A stretch of DNA of 59,452 nucleotides, the filler included. It is 4 parts of 4 records of this genome, joined end to end, with 100 filler letters (N's around TTAATTAATTAA, not from the genome) between each part and the next. Parts side by side here need not be neighbours in the genome. Positions count along the whole stretch, not along the records: positions 1 to 26,515 come from DRR723986_6840; 3 more parts are not named here. The stretch is one strand, 5' to 3'. Position numbers and translations under genes: made by a program. The notes beneath the pieces are model-generated. The model searched no databases. It saw only the letters and a program-made list of their open reading frames with translations, and was not told where the DNA came from. Positions 10,609 through 20,746 of this stretch are shown piece by piece. The first letter of the stretch is position 1; each line of letters starts with the position of its first letter.

Positions 10609-11410
10609 TCTGGCCCTCGTCTTGGCGGTGGGTATGCGCCGGTGCCTGGGCATGAGGGTGGGTGTGGGTGTGGGTGTGGCTGGGATCGGTGCAGCCTTCG
10701 GCCTCGTGGCTGTGGTTGTGTTCGTGCCGGTAAAGCGCCAATGCACCCTTGGTGCCAGTGCCAAACAGCGCCCGGTATTCGGGGGCGCTGGCCACCAATT
10801 CGGGTGTGCCTTGGCAGCAGACATGGCCATTCAGGCACACCACCCGGTCGCTTGCGGCCATCACCACATGCAGCTCGTGGCTGACCATCAGCACCGCACA
10901 GCCAAAACTGCGGCGCACCATTTCGATCTGGTGGTAAAACGCGGCCGAGCCGGCCTGATCTAGCCCCTGTGTGGCTTCGTCCAGGATCAAAATATCGGGG
11001 TTTTCCAGCAGGGCACGGGCCAAAAGCACACGCTGAAATTGCCCACCCGACAGATCGGCCATCTGGCGCGCTTCCAGATGCGGCACGCCCGCCTGGTCTA
11101 GCGCGGCCTCTACATCGGCGCCCTGCCGCCGCCGGGGCAGCGACAAAAACCGCCCCACCGTCAGCGGCAATGTCGGATCGATGGCCAGCTTTTGCGGCAC
11201 ATAGCCAATGCGCAGGCCCGGCGCCCTGCTGATCTGGCCCGTGCTTGGGGCAAGCGCGCCGATCAGACAGCGCAGAAACGTCGATTTACCCGACCCGTTC
11301 GGCCCAACGATGGTCACGATCTCGCCACGCGCGATGGTGAAATCGACGCCCGACAAAACGGGCACCGCGCCCAAACGCACAGACAGGTTGGTGACGGTGA
11401 TCAAGCTCAT
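10601..11410 (-). CDS. znuC: Zinc ABC transporter ATPase with His-rich C-terminal tail
   Basis: GPNGSGKST, LSGGQFQR, ILDE, VSHELH, HVCCQG. Confidence 0.95.
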   Translation of the reverse strand: MSLITVTNLSVRLGAVPVLSGVDFTIARGEIVTIVGPNGSGKSTFLRCLIGALAPSTGQISRAPGLRIGYVPQKLAIDPTLPLTVGRFLSLPRRRQGADVEAALDQAGVPHLEARQMADLSGGQFQRVLLARALLENPDILILDEATQGLDQAGSAAFYHQIEMVRRSFGCAVLMVSHELHVVMAASDRVVCLNGHVCCQGTPELVASAPEYRALFGTGTKGALALYRHEHNHSHEAEGCTDPSHTHTHTHPHAQAPAHTHRQDEGQNV

Positions 11411-11892
11411 TCAGGGGCACTTTGCTGACATAAGGGGCACAGGCCCTGCGCCTCGACCACCGCGCGTTCGATCGCAAAGCCGGCATCATGGGCGGCATCG
11501 CCCAACCCGTTTTGCATGGGTTCTATCTGCGTCTCTTGCACGGTGCTGCATTGGCGGCAAATCAAAAAGGCGGGCACATGTTGGGCACCGGGGTGGCTGC
11601 AGGCCACATAGGCATTCATCGCCTCGACCTTATGGGCAAAGCCGTGTTTGACCAAAAAATCCAGCGCCCGATAGGCCACAGGCGGCTGCGCACCAAAGCC
11701 GCTGGCATCCAAATGGCTTAGCACTTCGTAGGCGCCCATGCTGCGGTGATGGGCCAACAGCACCTCTAGGGTGCGGCGGCGCACTGGCGTGAACTGCAGC
11801 TTGCGCGCGGCGCAATAGGCCTCGGCTGTGGTCAATGCATCGCTGATGCAAGCCGCGTGGTCGTGCTTATGAAATCCGTGCGCCTTTGTCAT
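11407..11892 (-). CDS. zur: Zinc uptake regulator (Fur family)
   Basis: HDHxxC N-terminus, PPVAYRALDFL, CRQC and CPLC Zn sites; inside znu cluster. Confidence 0.92.
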   Translation of the reverse strand: MTKAHGFHKHDHAACISDALTTAEAYCAARKLQFTPVRRRTLEVLLAHHRSMGAYEVLSHLDASGFGAQPPVAYRALDFLVKHGFAHKVEAMNAYVACSHPGAQHVPAFLICRQCSTVQETQIEPMQNGLGDAAHDAGFAIERAVVEAQGLCPLCQQSAPE

Positions 11893-11920
11893 GGGCTGGG
11901 TTTTACGCCGGCGCTGCGGG

Positions 11921-11968
11921 AAATGCAATATTATAACATAACCCTTGATATGTTATATCATTACAGTT
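11921..11968. promoter_or_regulatory. Two Zur boxes in the divergent zur/znuA promoter
   Basis: AAATGCAATATTATAACATAAC (11921-11942) and GATATGTTATATCATTACAGTT (11947-11968) match the AT-rich ATGTTATAnnATAACAT-type palindrome. Confidence 0.8.
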
Positions 11969-12000
11969 AAATCACCCCCAACCAACTGACAGGAGCCCCC

Positions 12001-13026
12001 ATGCCGCTGCCGCTTTCTACCCGCTTACGCTGTGTTTTCTTTGCCCTCGGTGCCGCTGCCGCCAGCCCCGCCATGGCCGCCCCCAATGTGGTGGCCGATA
12101 TCGCGCCAGTGCATGGGCTGGTGTCGATGGTGATGCAAGGCGTGGGCACACCTACCTTGCTGGTGCCGCCCAGCGCCTCGCCCCATCACATCAGCTTGCG
12201 GCCCTCTGATGCGCGCGCCTTGCAAGGTGCAGCGGTGGTCGTGACAATCGGCGAAGAGCTGGCACCGTGGTTGGAAAAACCACTGCAAAGCTTGGGTGAA
12301 AAGGCGCAGATCATCACCTTGCTAGACCTGCCCGGCACAACGCTGCACATGGTCCGCGATACCGAAAGCTTTGGTGCAGCCGAGGAAGAGCACGATCACG
12401 AGCATGAGCATAAGCACAAAGACGAGCACAATCACGCGCATGAAAACGAGAGCGGGCATAAAGACGACCACGACAGCCATGATCACCACGCAGGCGATGG
12501 GCACGATCATAGCGGCCTAGACCCGCATGCATGGCTAGATCCGCAAAATGCCGCGCTATGGCTGGGCGCCATTGCCCAAACCCTGGCCCAGATCGACCCG
12601 GAAAATGCCGCCACCTATCAGGCCAATGCCACAGCAGGCGCGCAGGAATTGGCGCAGATGCAGGCCGAATTGGCCAGCGCCCTGCCCAAAGGGCGCAGCG
12701 ATTATCTGGTGTTTCACGACGCCTATCAGTATTTCGAGGCCCGCTTTGGCCTGCAGCCCGCAGGTGCCATCAGCCTAAGCGATGCCGCCAGCCCCAGCGC
12801 CGGCCGCCTGGCTGCGCTGAAAGACCAGATCGAGCACAGCGATATAGCCTGCGTTTTCACCGAACCGCAGCTGAACAGCGCAGTGCTGAACGCGCTTGAT
12901 AACACCAGCCTGCGCATCACCGAGATCGATCCGCTGGGGCGCGCCCATGCCACGGGGCCGGGCCATTATACTGCCACCTTGCGGGCGCTCGGGCAGGCCT
13001 TTGCCAATTGCTTTGCCAACGACTGA
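12001..13026 (+). CDS. znuA: Zinc ABC transporter substrate-binding protein with His-rich loop
   Basis: Signal peptide, SPHH, long H/D/E loop, DPHAWLDP, VFHDAYQYFE, CVFTEPQ. Confidence 0.95.
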   Translation: MPLPLSTRLRCVFFALGAAAASPAMAAPNVVADIAPVHGLVSMVMQGVGTPTLLVPPSASPHHISLRPSDARALQGAAVVVTIGEELAPWLEKPLQSLGEKAQIITLLDLPGTTLHMVRDTESFGAAEEEHDHEHEHKHKDEHNHAHENESGHKDDHDSHDHHAGDGHDHSGLDPHAWLDPQNAALWLGAIAQTLAQIDPENAATYQANATAGAQELAQMQAELASALPKGRSDYLVFHDAYQYFEARFGLQPAGAISLSDAASPSAGRLAALKDQIEHSDIACVFTEPQLNSAVLNALDNTSLRITEIDPLGRAHATGPGHYTATLRALGQAFANCFAND

Positions 13027-13105
13027 TTGCATAGCCTTGCCTTAAAGCCGCATTTGCTTTTTTGTCCTGCCAGACACGGGGGCATAGGCAAAAGGGGGCA
13101 AGGCC

Positions 13106-14155
13106 ATGAAAGCATTGGTGATGGAGCGCTTTGGCGCGGCGCTTGATCTGCGCGAGGTGCCCGACCCGCACTGCCCCGCAGATGGTGTGATTGTGGGCAT
13201 CCAGGCCTGCGGCGTGTGCCGCTCGGATCATCACGCATGGCGCGGTGCCGATCCCGATGTGGTGTTGCCGCATGTGATGGGCCACGAATTTGCGGGCGTC
13301 GTCCAAGAGGTGGGCCGCGATGTGCGCCGCTTTGCCGTGGGCGACAGGGTGACTGCGCCCTTTATCCTGGCCTGTGGCACCTGCCCCGATTGCACCACCG
13401 GCGACCCCACCATTTGCAACCACCAACAGGTGATCGGCTTTACCGGCTGGGGCGCCTTTGCCCAAAGGCTGGCAGTGCCAAGGGCCGATTTCAACCTGGT
13501 GCATTTGCCCGAAACCTTGGGCTTTGCCGAGGCCGCCGGCATGGGCTGCCGCGTGACAACAACCTTTCGGGCGGTGGTAGACAGGGGGGCCCTGCAGCCA
13601 GGGGAATGGCTGGCGGTGCATGGCTGCGGCGGCGTGGGCCTGTCTGCCATCATGATTGGTGCCGCATTGGGCGCACAGATTGTGGCGGTTGATATCAACC
13701 CCCAAGCCCTGACTGCCGCGCGCCAAATGGGGGCAACAGCGGTGCTGGATGCCAGCCAAACCGATGATGTGGGCCAGGCCGTGCGCGAGATAACCAATGG
13801 CGGCGCGCATGTCTCGATCGATGCGCTGGGGGTGAGCCAAACCTTCCGCAATTCGGTCTATGGCTTGCGCAAAATGGGGCGCCACGTGCAGATCGGCATG
13901 CCGCTGGAACAGCACGCCACCGTGGAACTGCCCTTGCTCGAGCTGGTGTATTCCCGCCAGATCAGCCTGGCCGGTTCGCGCGGCATGGCCGCGCGGCGGT
14001 TTGGCAGCCTGTGGGGCATGATCGCCGCGGGGCGGCTGGATATTGCGCAGCTTGTCACCGGGCGCATACCGCTGAGCCAGGCCGAGGCGGCATTGCGGCA
14101 GATGGATGGGTTTAGCGGCGTTGGGGTGACGGTGATTACCGAACTGGGGGCTTAA
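13106..14155 (+). CDS. Zinc-dependent alcohol dehydrogenase (MDR family)
   Basis: CGVCRSD, GHEFAG, CGTCPDC...C structural Zn site, GCGGVG. Confidence 0.9.
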   Translation: MKALVMERFGAALDLREVPDPHCPADGVIVGIQACGVCRSDHHAWRGADPDVVLPHVMGHEFAGVVQEVGRDVRRFAVGDRVTAPFILACGTCPDCTTGDPTICNHQQVIGFTGWGAFAQRLAVPRADFNLVHLPETLGFAEAAGMGCRVTTTFRAVVDRGALQPGEWLAVHGCGGVGLSAIMIGAALGAQIVAVDINPQALTAARQMGATAVLDASQTDDVGQAVREITNGGAHVSIDALGVSQTFRNSVYGLRKMGRHVQIGMPLEQHATVELPLLELVYSRQISLAGSRGMAARRFGSLWGMIAAGRLDIAQLVTGRIPLSQAEAALRQMDGFSGVGVTVITELGA

Positions 14156-15120
14156 TCGGTATCCAGCAAAATCACCTCGACCCGGCGATTGGCCAGCCGC
14201 CCCTCGGCCGTGCGATTGCTGGCAATCGGCGCCAAAAAGCCCATGCCTTCGGCCTGTAGGCGGGCGGTATCAATGCCATAATCAGCCACCAGCCGCGCCA
14301 CCACCTGGGCCGCGCGCCGGCGCGACAGGGCGATGTTGCCCTCTAGCGCGCCCACCGCATCGGTATGGCCCACCAGGGCCACGCGGCTGTTGGGATGATC
14401 TTGCAGAAACTGCGCCAGCATCGCCAGCGATTGAAACGGCCCCGCCCCCAAATCGGCAGCGCCCGAGGTAAATTCCAGATCTGCCAAAATGGCACGCCCC
14501 TGCGCCCAAAGCTGCGCACCCAAAGTTTGCGCAACCTCATCCTGAACGGGCACAGCCGGCACAGCCCCCGGCGCGGCAAGCGCGGGGGCGTGGGTGTGCG
14601 CCTGCACGGCGGGCGTGCCGCCGGGGTTGGCTGCCACAGTGACCAGCTGGATAAAACCCGCGTTGCCAAAACGGCTGACCAGCAGGCTGGCATGGGTTTC
14701 GGCGTTTAGCTGCAGCGCCAAAAACCGATAATCGCCCAGCCCCACACGCATGGCAGGGGCAGGCAAAACTTTGATATTAAATCGAAAATCAAACCCGCCG
14801 CACTGCGCGGCTTCGCATTCAAACAGCACCTTTGCACCCGCTTGCAAAAACTGCGCCCGCAGGGGCTGCAGCAGCTGCAGCGTAGTCAGCCCACGCCCCT
14901 CTAGCCGCCATGCGCGCAGCTGCACCCGCCCCTCTAGGGCCAGGCCCGCACCCCCACCCTGGGCATAGGGGCCCAGGGGCAAGACATAGCTATGGGGGGT
15001 TTGCACTTGGTCGGCGGTCAGCACCGCATTGGCAGGCAAGGCCAAATCCAACGCCTGCCCCTGCGCCACCGGGGCGCAAAGCAAGGCAAAAAATGCCGCT
15101 GGCGCAACTGCCCGTATCAT
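14152..15120 (-). CDS. OmpA-family peptidoglycan-binding protein
   Basis: Signal peptide; C-terminal VGHTDAVG...NIALSRRRA...NRRVE. Confidence 0.85.
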   Translation of the reverse strand: MIRAVAPAAFFALLCAPVAQGQALDLALPANAVLTADQVQTPHSYVLPLGPYAQGGGAGLALEGRVQLRAWRLEGRGLTTLQLLQPLRAQFLQAGAKVLFECEAAQCGGFDFRFNIKVLPAPAMRVGLGDYRFLALQLNAETHASLLVSRFGNAGFIQLVTVAANPGGTPAVQAHTHAPALAAPGAVPAVPVQDEVAQTLGAQLWAQGRAILADLEFTSGAADLGAGPFQSLAMLAQFLQDHPNSRVALVGHTDAVGALEGNIALSRRRAAQVVARLVADYGIDTARLQAEGMGFLAPIASNRTAEGRLANRRVEVILLDTD

Positions 15121-15689
15121 CGGTTTTGTGCGTGATACTCGTCGTTGGGGCGCATATCGATGGCCGAGGCGACGCGGTTCGTCATGTTGTAAAAGCCCGT
15201 CACATTGGCAATGTCGAAAATATCACGGTCGCTAAAGCCCACATCGCGCAGCGCCTGGCGGTCGGCCTCTTCCACGCGGTGGCTGGTTTCGGTGACTTTC
15301 ACCGCAAAATCCAGCATGGCACGCTGGCGCGCATCCAGCGGCGCCACGCGGTAATTCATCACCAGCATTTCGCCCAGCATCGGGTCGCCAGACAGCGCGC
15401 GCACGGCTTGGCCATGGGCCGTGAGGCAATAAAAACAGCGGTTGATCGAGGATACCACCACCGCGATCATCTCGCGTTCCAGCTTGGACAGCCCGCTTTC
15501 GGCCAGCATGATGTTATTATAAAGCGCGGAAAACGCGTTCAGCTTGTCGATGTCAAACGCATGGGCGCGCAGCACATTGGGCACCAGCCCCAGCTTGTCT
15601 TGGCAGATATCGAAATATTTCTGCGTGGCCTCGGGCAACGGGCTGACGGCTGGCAAATCAAGGGCTGTGGGGCGGCTGTCGCGGGTCAT
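15117..15689 (-). CDS. AhpD/CMD-like peroxidase-related enzyme
   Basis: KLGLVPNV, EREMIAVVVSSINRCFYCLTAHG, FYNMTNR; start set at MTRDSRP. Confidence 0.88.
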   Translation of the reverse strand: MTRDSRPTALDLPAVSPLPEATQKYFDICQDKLGLVPNVLRAHAFDIDKLNAFSALYNNIMLAESGLSKLEREMIAVVVSSINRCFYCLTAHGQAVRALSGDPMLGEMLVMNYRVAPLDARQRAMLDFAVKVTETSHRVEEADRQALRDVGFSDRDIFDIANVTGFYNMTNRVASAIDMRPNDEYHAQNR

Positions 15690-16417
15690 GCAAGATCCTC
15701 CTTGTGCTTGCGATAGTGATACTGTCCCACAACCTGCATGCCGATGGAAGAATAGAGGGCATTGCCGCCCGTGTTCCCCTGCGTGACAGCCAGCGCCAGG
15801 TGGCTTGCCCCTTGGTCTTGGGCCCAAAACGCCGCCTCGCGCATGAAATAGCGCCCCAGCCCCTGCCGGCGCTGATGGGGTAAAATATGCAGCGCGTGCA
15901 CCATCGCGATGCCCTGATGCATGGCCACAAACCCGCTGCCGCCGGGATGGTCGTTAAACCGCGCCAAAAGCGAGGTTTTCGGCCCCTTGGCACGGTGCAT
16001 CACCGCCACCCGTGGGGCTAAAATGCCGCCATCAGCCCAGATATCCAGCTGAATGGCCAGCGGCTCCCAGATGCAAAAGGTGCACACCCTTGGGGGGCGT
16101 TCGGTGGCAATCGCGGCAACGGGGGCTGCGTATAAATTCACCGGGTCCACCACCTGATAGCCGCGCGCCGCCAGCATTGCATCCAGCTCTGCCTGGTCGT
16201 GGCGTATCTGAAACAGCCGATGCTGGCCCATGGCCTGCATCTGCGCTTCGGCCATATCGATATCGGCCTGGGTTACAGGGCCGGTGGCGGTGGTGGCAGA
16301 TACGCGCTGCCCCCCGCCCTGGCCCTGGCGCAGCAGCCATGGCCCTTGCTGTGTATAGCTGGCCGCGGGCCAGGTGGCCTCGGTGGCCTGATAAAGCTGG
16401 CAGGCTGTGGGCATCAT
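15686..16417 (-). CDS. GNAT family N-acetyltransferase
   Basis: ATWPAA N-terminus, QRRQGLG acetyl-CoA motif, NALYSSIGM; 4-nt overlaps at both ends. Confidence 0.85.
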   Translation of the reverse strand: MMPTACQLYQATEATWPAASYTQQGPWLLRQGQGGGQRVSATTATGPVTQADIDMAEAQMQAMGQHRLFQIRHDQAELDAMLAARGYQVVDPVNLYAAPVAAIATERPPRVCTFCIWEPLAIQLDIWADGGILAPRVAVMHRAKGPKTSLLARFNDHPGGSGFVAMHQGIAMVHALHILPHQRRQGLGRYFMREAAFWAQDQGASHLALAVTQGNTGGNALYSSIGMQVVGQYHYRKHKEDLA

Positions 16418-17136
16418 GAGGGGAAAATTCCTGCAAGTTTGGTCATTGCGGCATCCACGCGCGCACCATCGCTGCCACGGATCACGATATTGGCGCCGTA
16501 AGCCCCGTTTTGCTGAAACGGGTAAGAGCCAATCGAAAGATCTGCAAATTCGGCCGCCAACTCGGCCAAGGGCGCGGCAATCTCGCCCTCGCCCCGCAAG
16601 ATGCGATAGCTTTGCGACATCAACGGCACCCCCCCGGTAAGCCCAGGCAAAATGCTGGCCACCATCGCCTGAAACACCGCCGGAACGCCCGCGCAAACAT
16701 GCACATTTTCCACCGTAAACCCAGGCGCGGTAGAGACCGGGTTTTCAATCAAAGTGGCCCCATCGGGGATACGCGCCATGCGCAGCCTTGCCGCGTTCAG
16801 CTCGGCCCCGGTGCGGGCGTAATGGGCCGCCAACAAGGCGCGGGCGTCTTCGCGCACGTCGATATGGCGGCCAAAGGCGCGCGCCACGCAATCGGCTGTA
16901 ATGTCATCATGGGTGGGGCCGATGCCACCGCTGGTGAAAACATGGGTGTAGGCCGCCGACAGCGCCAGCACCGCCGCCTCGATCGCGGGGGCATCATCGC
17001 TGACCACGCGCACCTCGCGCAGATCAATGCCAACCTTTGTCAGCTCTTGCGCTAAATGGTGCATATTGGAATCGCGCGTGCGGCCCGACAGGATTTCATC
17101 ACCAATAACAAGCATTGCGGCTGTGGGGTTTGGCAT
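16414..17136 (-). CDS. CinA-like molybdopterin-binding domain protein (competence/damage-inducible protein A family)
   Basis: IGDEILSGRTRDSN, SGGIGPTHDDIT, AGVP. Confidence 0.88.
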   Translation of the reverse strand: MPNPTAAMLVIGDEILSGRTRDSNMHHLAQELTKVGIDLREVRVVSDDAPAIEAAVLALSAAYTHVFTSGGIGPTHDDITADCVARAFGRHIDVREDARALLAAHYARTGAELNAARLRMARIPDGATLIENPVSTAPGFTVENVHVCAGVPAVFQAMVASILPGLTGGVPLMSQSYRILRGEGEIAAPLAELAAEFADLSIGSYPFQQNGAYGANIVIRGSDGARVDAAMTKLAGIFPS

Positions 17137-17181
17137 TGGCCTCTCCTTGCGTGGTTACATGTGCCGGTATAGGCATGTGGC

Positions 17182-17883
17182 ATGCGCTTTCAAACCCCTC
17201 TTATTCCAGCCACATTGCTGCGGCGATACAAGCGGTTTCTGGCAGATTGCCAATTGCCCGATGGGCGCGAAATTACCGCCCATTGCGCCAACCCCGGCAG
17301 CATGATGGGGCTGGCCCAGCCCGGCACACGTATCTGGCTGGAGCCCAACAGCGACCCGCGCAAAAAGCTGAAATATGGCTGGCGGCTGGTCGATCATGGC
17401 GATGGTCATTTCACCGGGGTCGATACATCTTTGCCCAATCGCGCGCTAAAGGCGGCGTTGCAAGCGGGCCAGATCGCGCCGTTGCGCGCGCCCAACCTGC
17501 GCGCCGAGGTGCCATATGGGCAAAACTCGCGGGTGGATTTTTTGCTGTCGGGCGATGGGCCCGATATCTACCTCGAGGTGAAATCTGTCACCCTATCGCG
17601 CCAAAGCGGGCTGGCCGAATTTCCCGACAGCGTCACCGCACGCGGGCTGAAACACTTGCATGATTTGGCCGCTATGGCGCAGGCAGGCCACCGCGCGGTT
17701 TTGTTCTTTTTGGTGCAGCGCACCGATTGCACCCGCGTGGGCCTAGCCGCGGATATCGACCCGAACTATGCCAAAGGCATGGTGCAGGCGCTGCAGGCAG
17801 GCGTGCAGGTGATGGCCTATGATTGCGCGATTTCCCCCCAGGCCATAAATCTGCGCCAGCCGCTGCCATTTTTGCAGCCATAA
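17182..17883 (+). CDS. sfsA: DNA/RNA nuclease SfsA
   Basis: RRYKRFLAD, AHCANPGSM, SRVDFLL, EVKSVT, FPDSVTARGLKHL. Confidence 0.95.
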   Translation: MRFQTPLIPATLLRRYKRFLADCQLPDGREITAHCANPGSMMGLAQPGTRIWLEPNSDPRKKLKYGWRLVDHGDGHFTGVDTSLPNRALKAALQAGQIAPLRAPNLRAEVPYGQNSRVDFLLSGDGPDIYLEVKSVTLSRQSGLAEFPDSVTARGLKHLHDLAAMAQAGHRAVLFFLVQRTDCTRVGLAADIDPNYAKGMVQALQAGVQVMAYDCAISPQAINLRQPLPFLQP

Positions 17884-17979
17884 CCACACGCGGTGCCCGC
17901 TCTGGCACAGGCGGCAAAACTGCCTTAAGTAATGGGCAACACGCAAAGCGACAGTAAAGCGACAGAAAGGCCAGACCCC

Positions 17980-18792
17980 GTGACCGACAAGCATCAAGGG
18001 CGCACAACGCGCGAAGGCATTCGCATTCACGAAGACGCGGATTTTGCCGGGATGCACCGGGCCGGCGCCTTGGCCGCGCAGATATTGGACGAAATCGCCG
18101 AACATGTATTTCCCGGCCAAACCACCGCCGAAATCGACCGTATCATCGAGGCAAAAGTGGTGCAGGCGGGGGCGACATCGGCCACGATTGGCTATCGTGG
18201 CTACAAACATGCCAGCTGCATTTCGGTCAACCATGTGGTCTGCCACGGCATTCCCGGGGATAAAAAGCTGAAAGATGGCGATATTTTGAATATCGACGTC
18301 ACGGTGATTGTGGATGGCTGGTTTGGCGATACCAGCCGCATGTATGTGGCAGGCACGCTAAACCGCAAGGCCGAGCGGCTGATTCAAGTGACCCATGACG
18401 CGCTGATGTTGGGCATCGAACAGGTGCGCCCCGGCAATACCTTTGGCGATATCGGCCATGCCATTCAAACCTATGTCGAAGCGCATCGCATGTCGGTGGT
18501 GCGCGATTTTTGCGGCCATGGGCTGGGCCGGGTCTTTCACGCGCCCCCCAATGTGCTGCATTACGGCCGCCCCGGCACCGGGCCGGTGCTGGAAGAGGGG
18601 ATGTTTTTCACCATTGAACCCATGGTCAACCTTGGCCGCCCCGAAACCAAAACCCTGGCCGATGAATGGACAGCTGTCACCCGCGACAAATCACTGTCGG
18701 CGCAGTTCGAACATTCGATCGGTGTTACCAGCACTGGCGCCGAGATCTTCACGCTATCGCCTGCTGGCCGGTTTCACCCCACCTATGGCTAG
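17980..18792 (+). CDS. map: Type I methionine aminopeptidase
   Basis: CISVNHVVCHGIP, NIDVT, GDTSRM, GHG, FTIEPM, SAQFEH; GTG start after AGAAAGG (ATG 17932 is an alternative). Confidence 0.95.
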   Translation: MTDKHQGRTTREGIRIHEDADFAGMHRAGALAAQILDEIAEHVFPGQTTAEIDRIIEAKVVQAGATSATIGYRGYKHASCISVNHVVCHGIPGDKKLKDGDILNIDVTVIVDGWFGDTSRMYVAGTLNRKAERLIQVTHDALMLGIEQVRPGNTFGDIGHAIQTYVEAHRMSVVRDFCGHGLGRVFHAPPNVLHYGRPGTGPVLEEGMFFTIEPMVNLGRPETKTLADEWTAVTRDKSLSAQFEHSIGVTSTGAEIFTLSPAGRFHPTYG

Positions 18793-20063
18793 CGCACCGG
18801 CTGGCCATTGACCGCCGGCAGGGGTGCCGGGTCTGTTTCGGGCAGCAGCACCAAAGGAATGGGGCGGGGCTGGCCCAGGCGCGGGTGCAACCGCCCGGCA
18901 ATGCCCCAAGCCACCCACAGCCCAGCGCCCCCGGCCAGAAAAACACCCCATAGCGGCGTGACCAACAGCACCAGCCAGGCCGCAGCCGGGGTAATGATGC
19001 CCGAAACATCGCGGAAACTGGAATAAACCGCCGACATTTCCGTGCGCTCGGATGGTTTGACCGCCATCAAAAATGGCAGCCCGCCGCAGACATCCAGCAA
19101 GATCAGGCAGAACGAGGCAAAAACCAGCACCAGCACCGCCAAGGGCGGCCAGCCATGCACCACGCCCGCCAGCACAAACAGCCCCCCCGACAGCGCAAAC
19201 CCAGTGCGCACCGCCCGGCGAATGCCCGCACGCTGTATCCAGCGCAGCATGATAGGGGTTAAAAACAGCGTGCCATTGGTGATCGACAGCACAATGCCGC
19301 CCATCTGCGTGCCCAGGCCAGATTCGACACAAAAGATTGGCAGATACACCACATACACCCACCACCCGCACGACCGTAAAACCGCAAACAGCCAGCCCGC
19401 CACCAAACGCGGCTGCGCGAAAAACCGGCCCAAATAGGCCATCGGGTTGGGCGGTGGCGCCTTGGCGCGCGAAATCAGCCGGCCATTGCCCAGCCGCAGC
19501 ACCCAAAACAGCGCCAACATGCCCAGCGCCGCCACACCCGACACCAAAAACGGTGCGGGGTGCCACCATTCCAGCAGGCTGACACCCAAAATTGGCCCCA
19601 CCGTCCAGCCAAGCGCGGAAAATTGCATGCGCATGGTTTCCAGGCGGCTCAGCTCGGTGCGGCCCACATAATCAAGCACATAGGCGTTGAAACAGACAAA
19701 GGTGATCACCGTGGCCAGCGTGTTGGCCGCCACGGCCAAAGCAATGGCCCAAACCGGCCCGAACACCGCCAGCCCTGTGCCCACCAAATACATCAGCGCA
19801 CCCAAGGAATACAGCCACCGGCGCGGCATTAGCCGGTTCAGCCATGGCACCATCAGCCCGGTGAACAGCGACAACAGGCCGATCAGGAAATACACCTCGG
19901 ACACCAGCTGTGCATCGGCCAGGGCGCGATACATCTCTAGGGGAAATACCGATACCAGCATGCCGCGGGTGATGGCCTCGAACGCCTGAAGCGCTGCGAA
20001 ATGGCGTGGTTTTGGCAGCGGGCCGTGGCGCAGCCATTCCGGTATACGGCGTGTGGTGGGCAT
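18789..20063 (-). CDS. MFS transporter
   Basis: 424 aa with about 12 hydrophobic segments. Confidence 0.75.
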   Translation of the reverse strand: MPTTRRIPEWLRHGPLPKPRHFAALQAFEAITRGMLVSVFPLEMYRALADAQLVSEVYFLIGLLSLFTGLMVPWLNRLMPRRWLYSLGALMYLVGTGLAVFGPVWAIALAVAANTLATVITFVCFNAYVLDYVGRTELSRLETMRMQFSALGWTVGPILGVSLLEWWHPAPFLVSGVAALGMLALFWVLRLGNGRLISRAKAPPPNPMAYLGRFFAQPRLVAGWLFAVLRSCGWWVYVVYLPIFCVESGLGTQMGGIVLSITNGTLFLTPIMLRWIQRAGIRRAVRTGFALSGGLFVLAGVVHGWPPLAVLVLVFASFCLILLDVCGGLPFLMAVKPSERTEMSAVYSSFRDVSGIITPAAAWLVLLVTPLWGVFLAGGAGLWVAWGIAGRLHPRLGQPRPIPLVLLPETDPAPLPAVNGQPVR

Positions 20064-20158
20064 ATGCAGTCTCTAATATAACTGCCACCCAGCATGGCCC
20101 AACACAGCGCCGCCCGGCGCGCGCAAATGCGACCTGCGGCAATGTCGCCTTTGGCGGC

Positions 20159-20746
20159 TTAAACCGGGGTGGCGGCGCCAGGCGGTGTGGCGGGCGGCGT
20201 GGCGGGCGCCATCAGGCTAAGATGCGTATCGCCATACCGGCGCTGGCCCAACAGCACAAAGCCCGGCGGCGCAGGCTGGGGGCTGTTTTCCTCGCATATA
20301 ATTACCGCATTTGGCGCCAGCCAGCCACGCGATTGCAACAGCGCAGGCAGGCTATCGGCCAGCCCCTTGCCATAGGGGGGATCCATGAAAACCAAATCAA
20401 CCGGGTGCACCGCGGGCGGCAGTTTATCGGCCGCGCAGGCCAGCACGGTGGCATCGGCCTGCCGCCTGGCCTTGGCCAGGTTTTCGGCGATCAAACGCTG
20501 CGCCACGCGGCCATTATCCACAAATGTCGCATGCACCGCCCCGCGCGAAAGCGCCTCGAGGCCCAGCGCGCCGGTTCCGGCAAACAGATCCAGCACCCGC
20601 GCCCCTTGGGGCAGGCCATGGCCCTGCAAGATGCTAAACAGCGCCTCGCGCACGCGGTCGGGGGTGGGGCGCAAATGCGCGCCCTGATCCCCCCGGCCCA
20701 CGCTGGCCAAGGCAAGGCCGCGGTGCTGGCCTGCGATGATCCTCAC
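20159..20746 (-). CDS. rsmD: 16S rRNA m2G966 methyltransferase
   Basis: MRIIAG, RPTPDRVREALF, LDLFAGTGALGLEALSRGA, DPPY, YGDT. Confidence 0.95.
   Translation of the reverse strand: MRIIAGQHRGLALASVGRGDQGAHLRPTPDRVREALFSILQGHGLPQGARVLDLFAGTGALGLEALSRGAVHATFVDNGRVAQRLIAENLAKARRQADATVLACAADKLPPAVHPVDLVFMDPPYGKGLADSLPALLQSRGWLAPNAVIICEENSPQPAPPGFVLLGQRRYGDTHLSLMAPATPPATPPGAATPV

Noticed and set aside
12380-12520. Repetitive CAC/GAG-rich tract as a DNA repeat or CRISPR
   Set aside because: It encodes the ZnuA His-rich loop; there is no repeat-spacer structure. No CRISPR array or cas gene was seen in the window.
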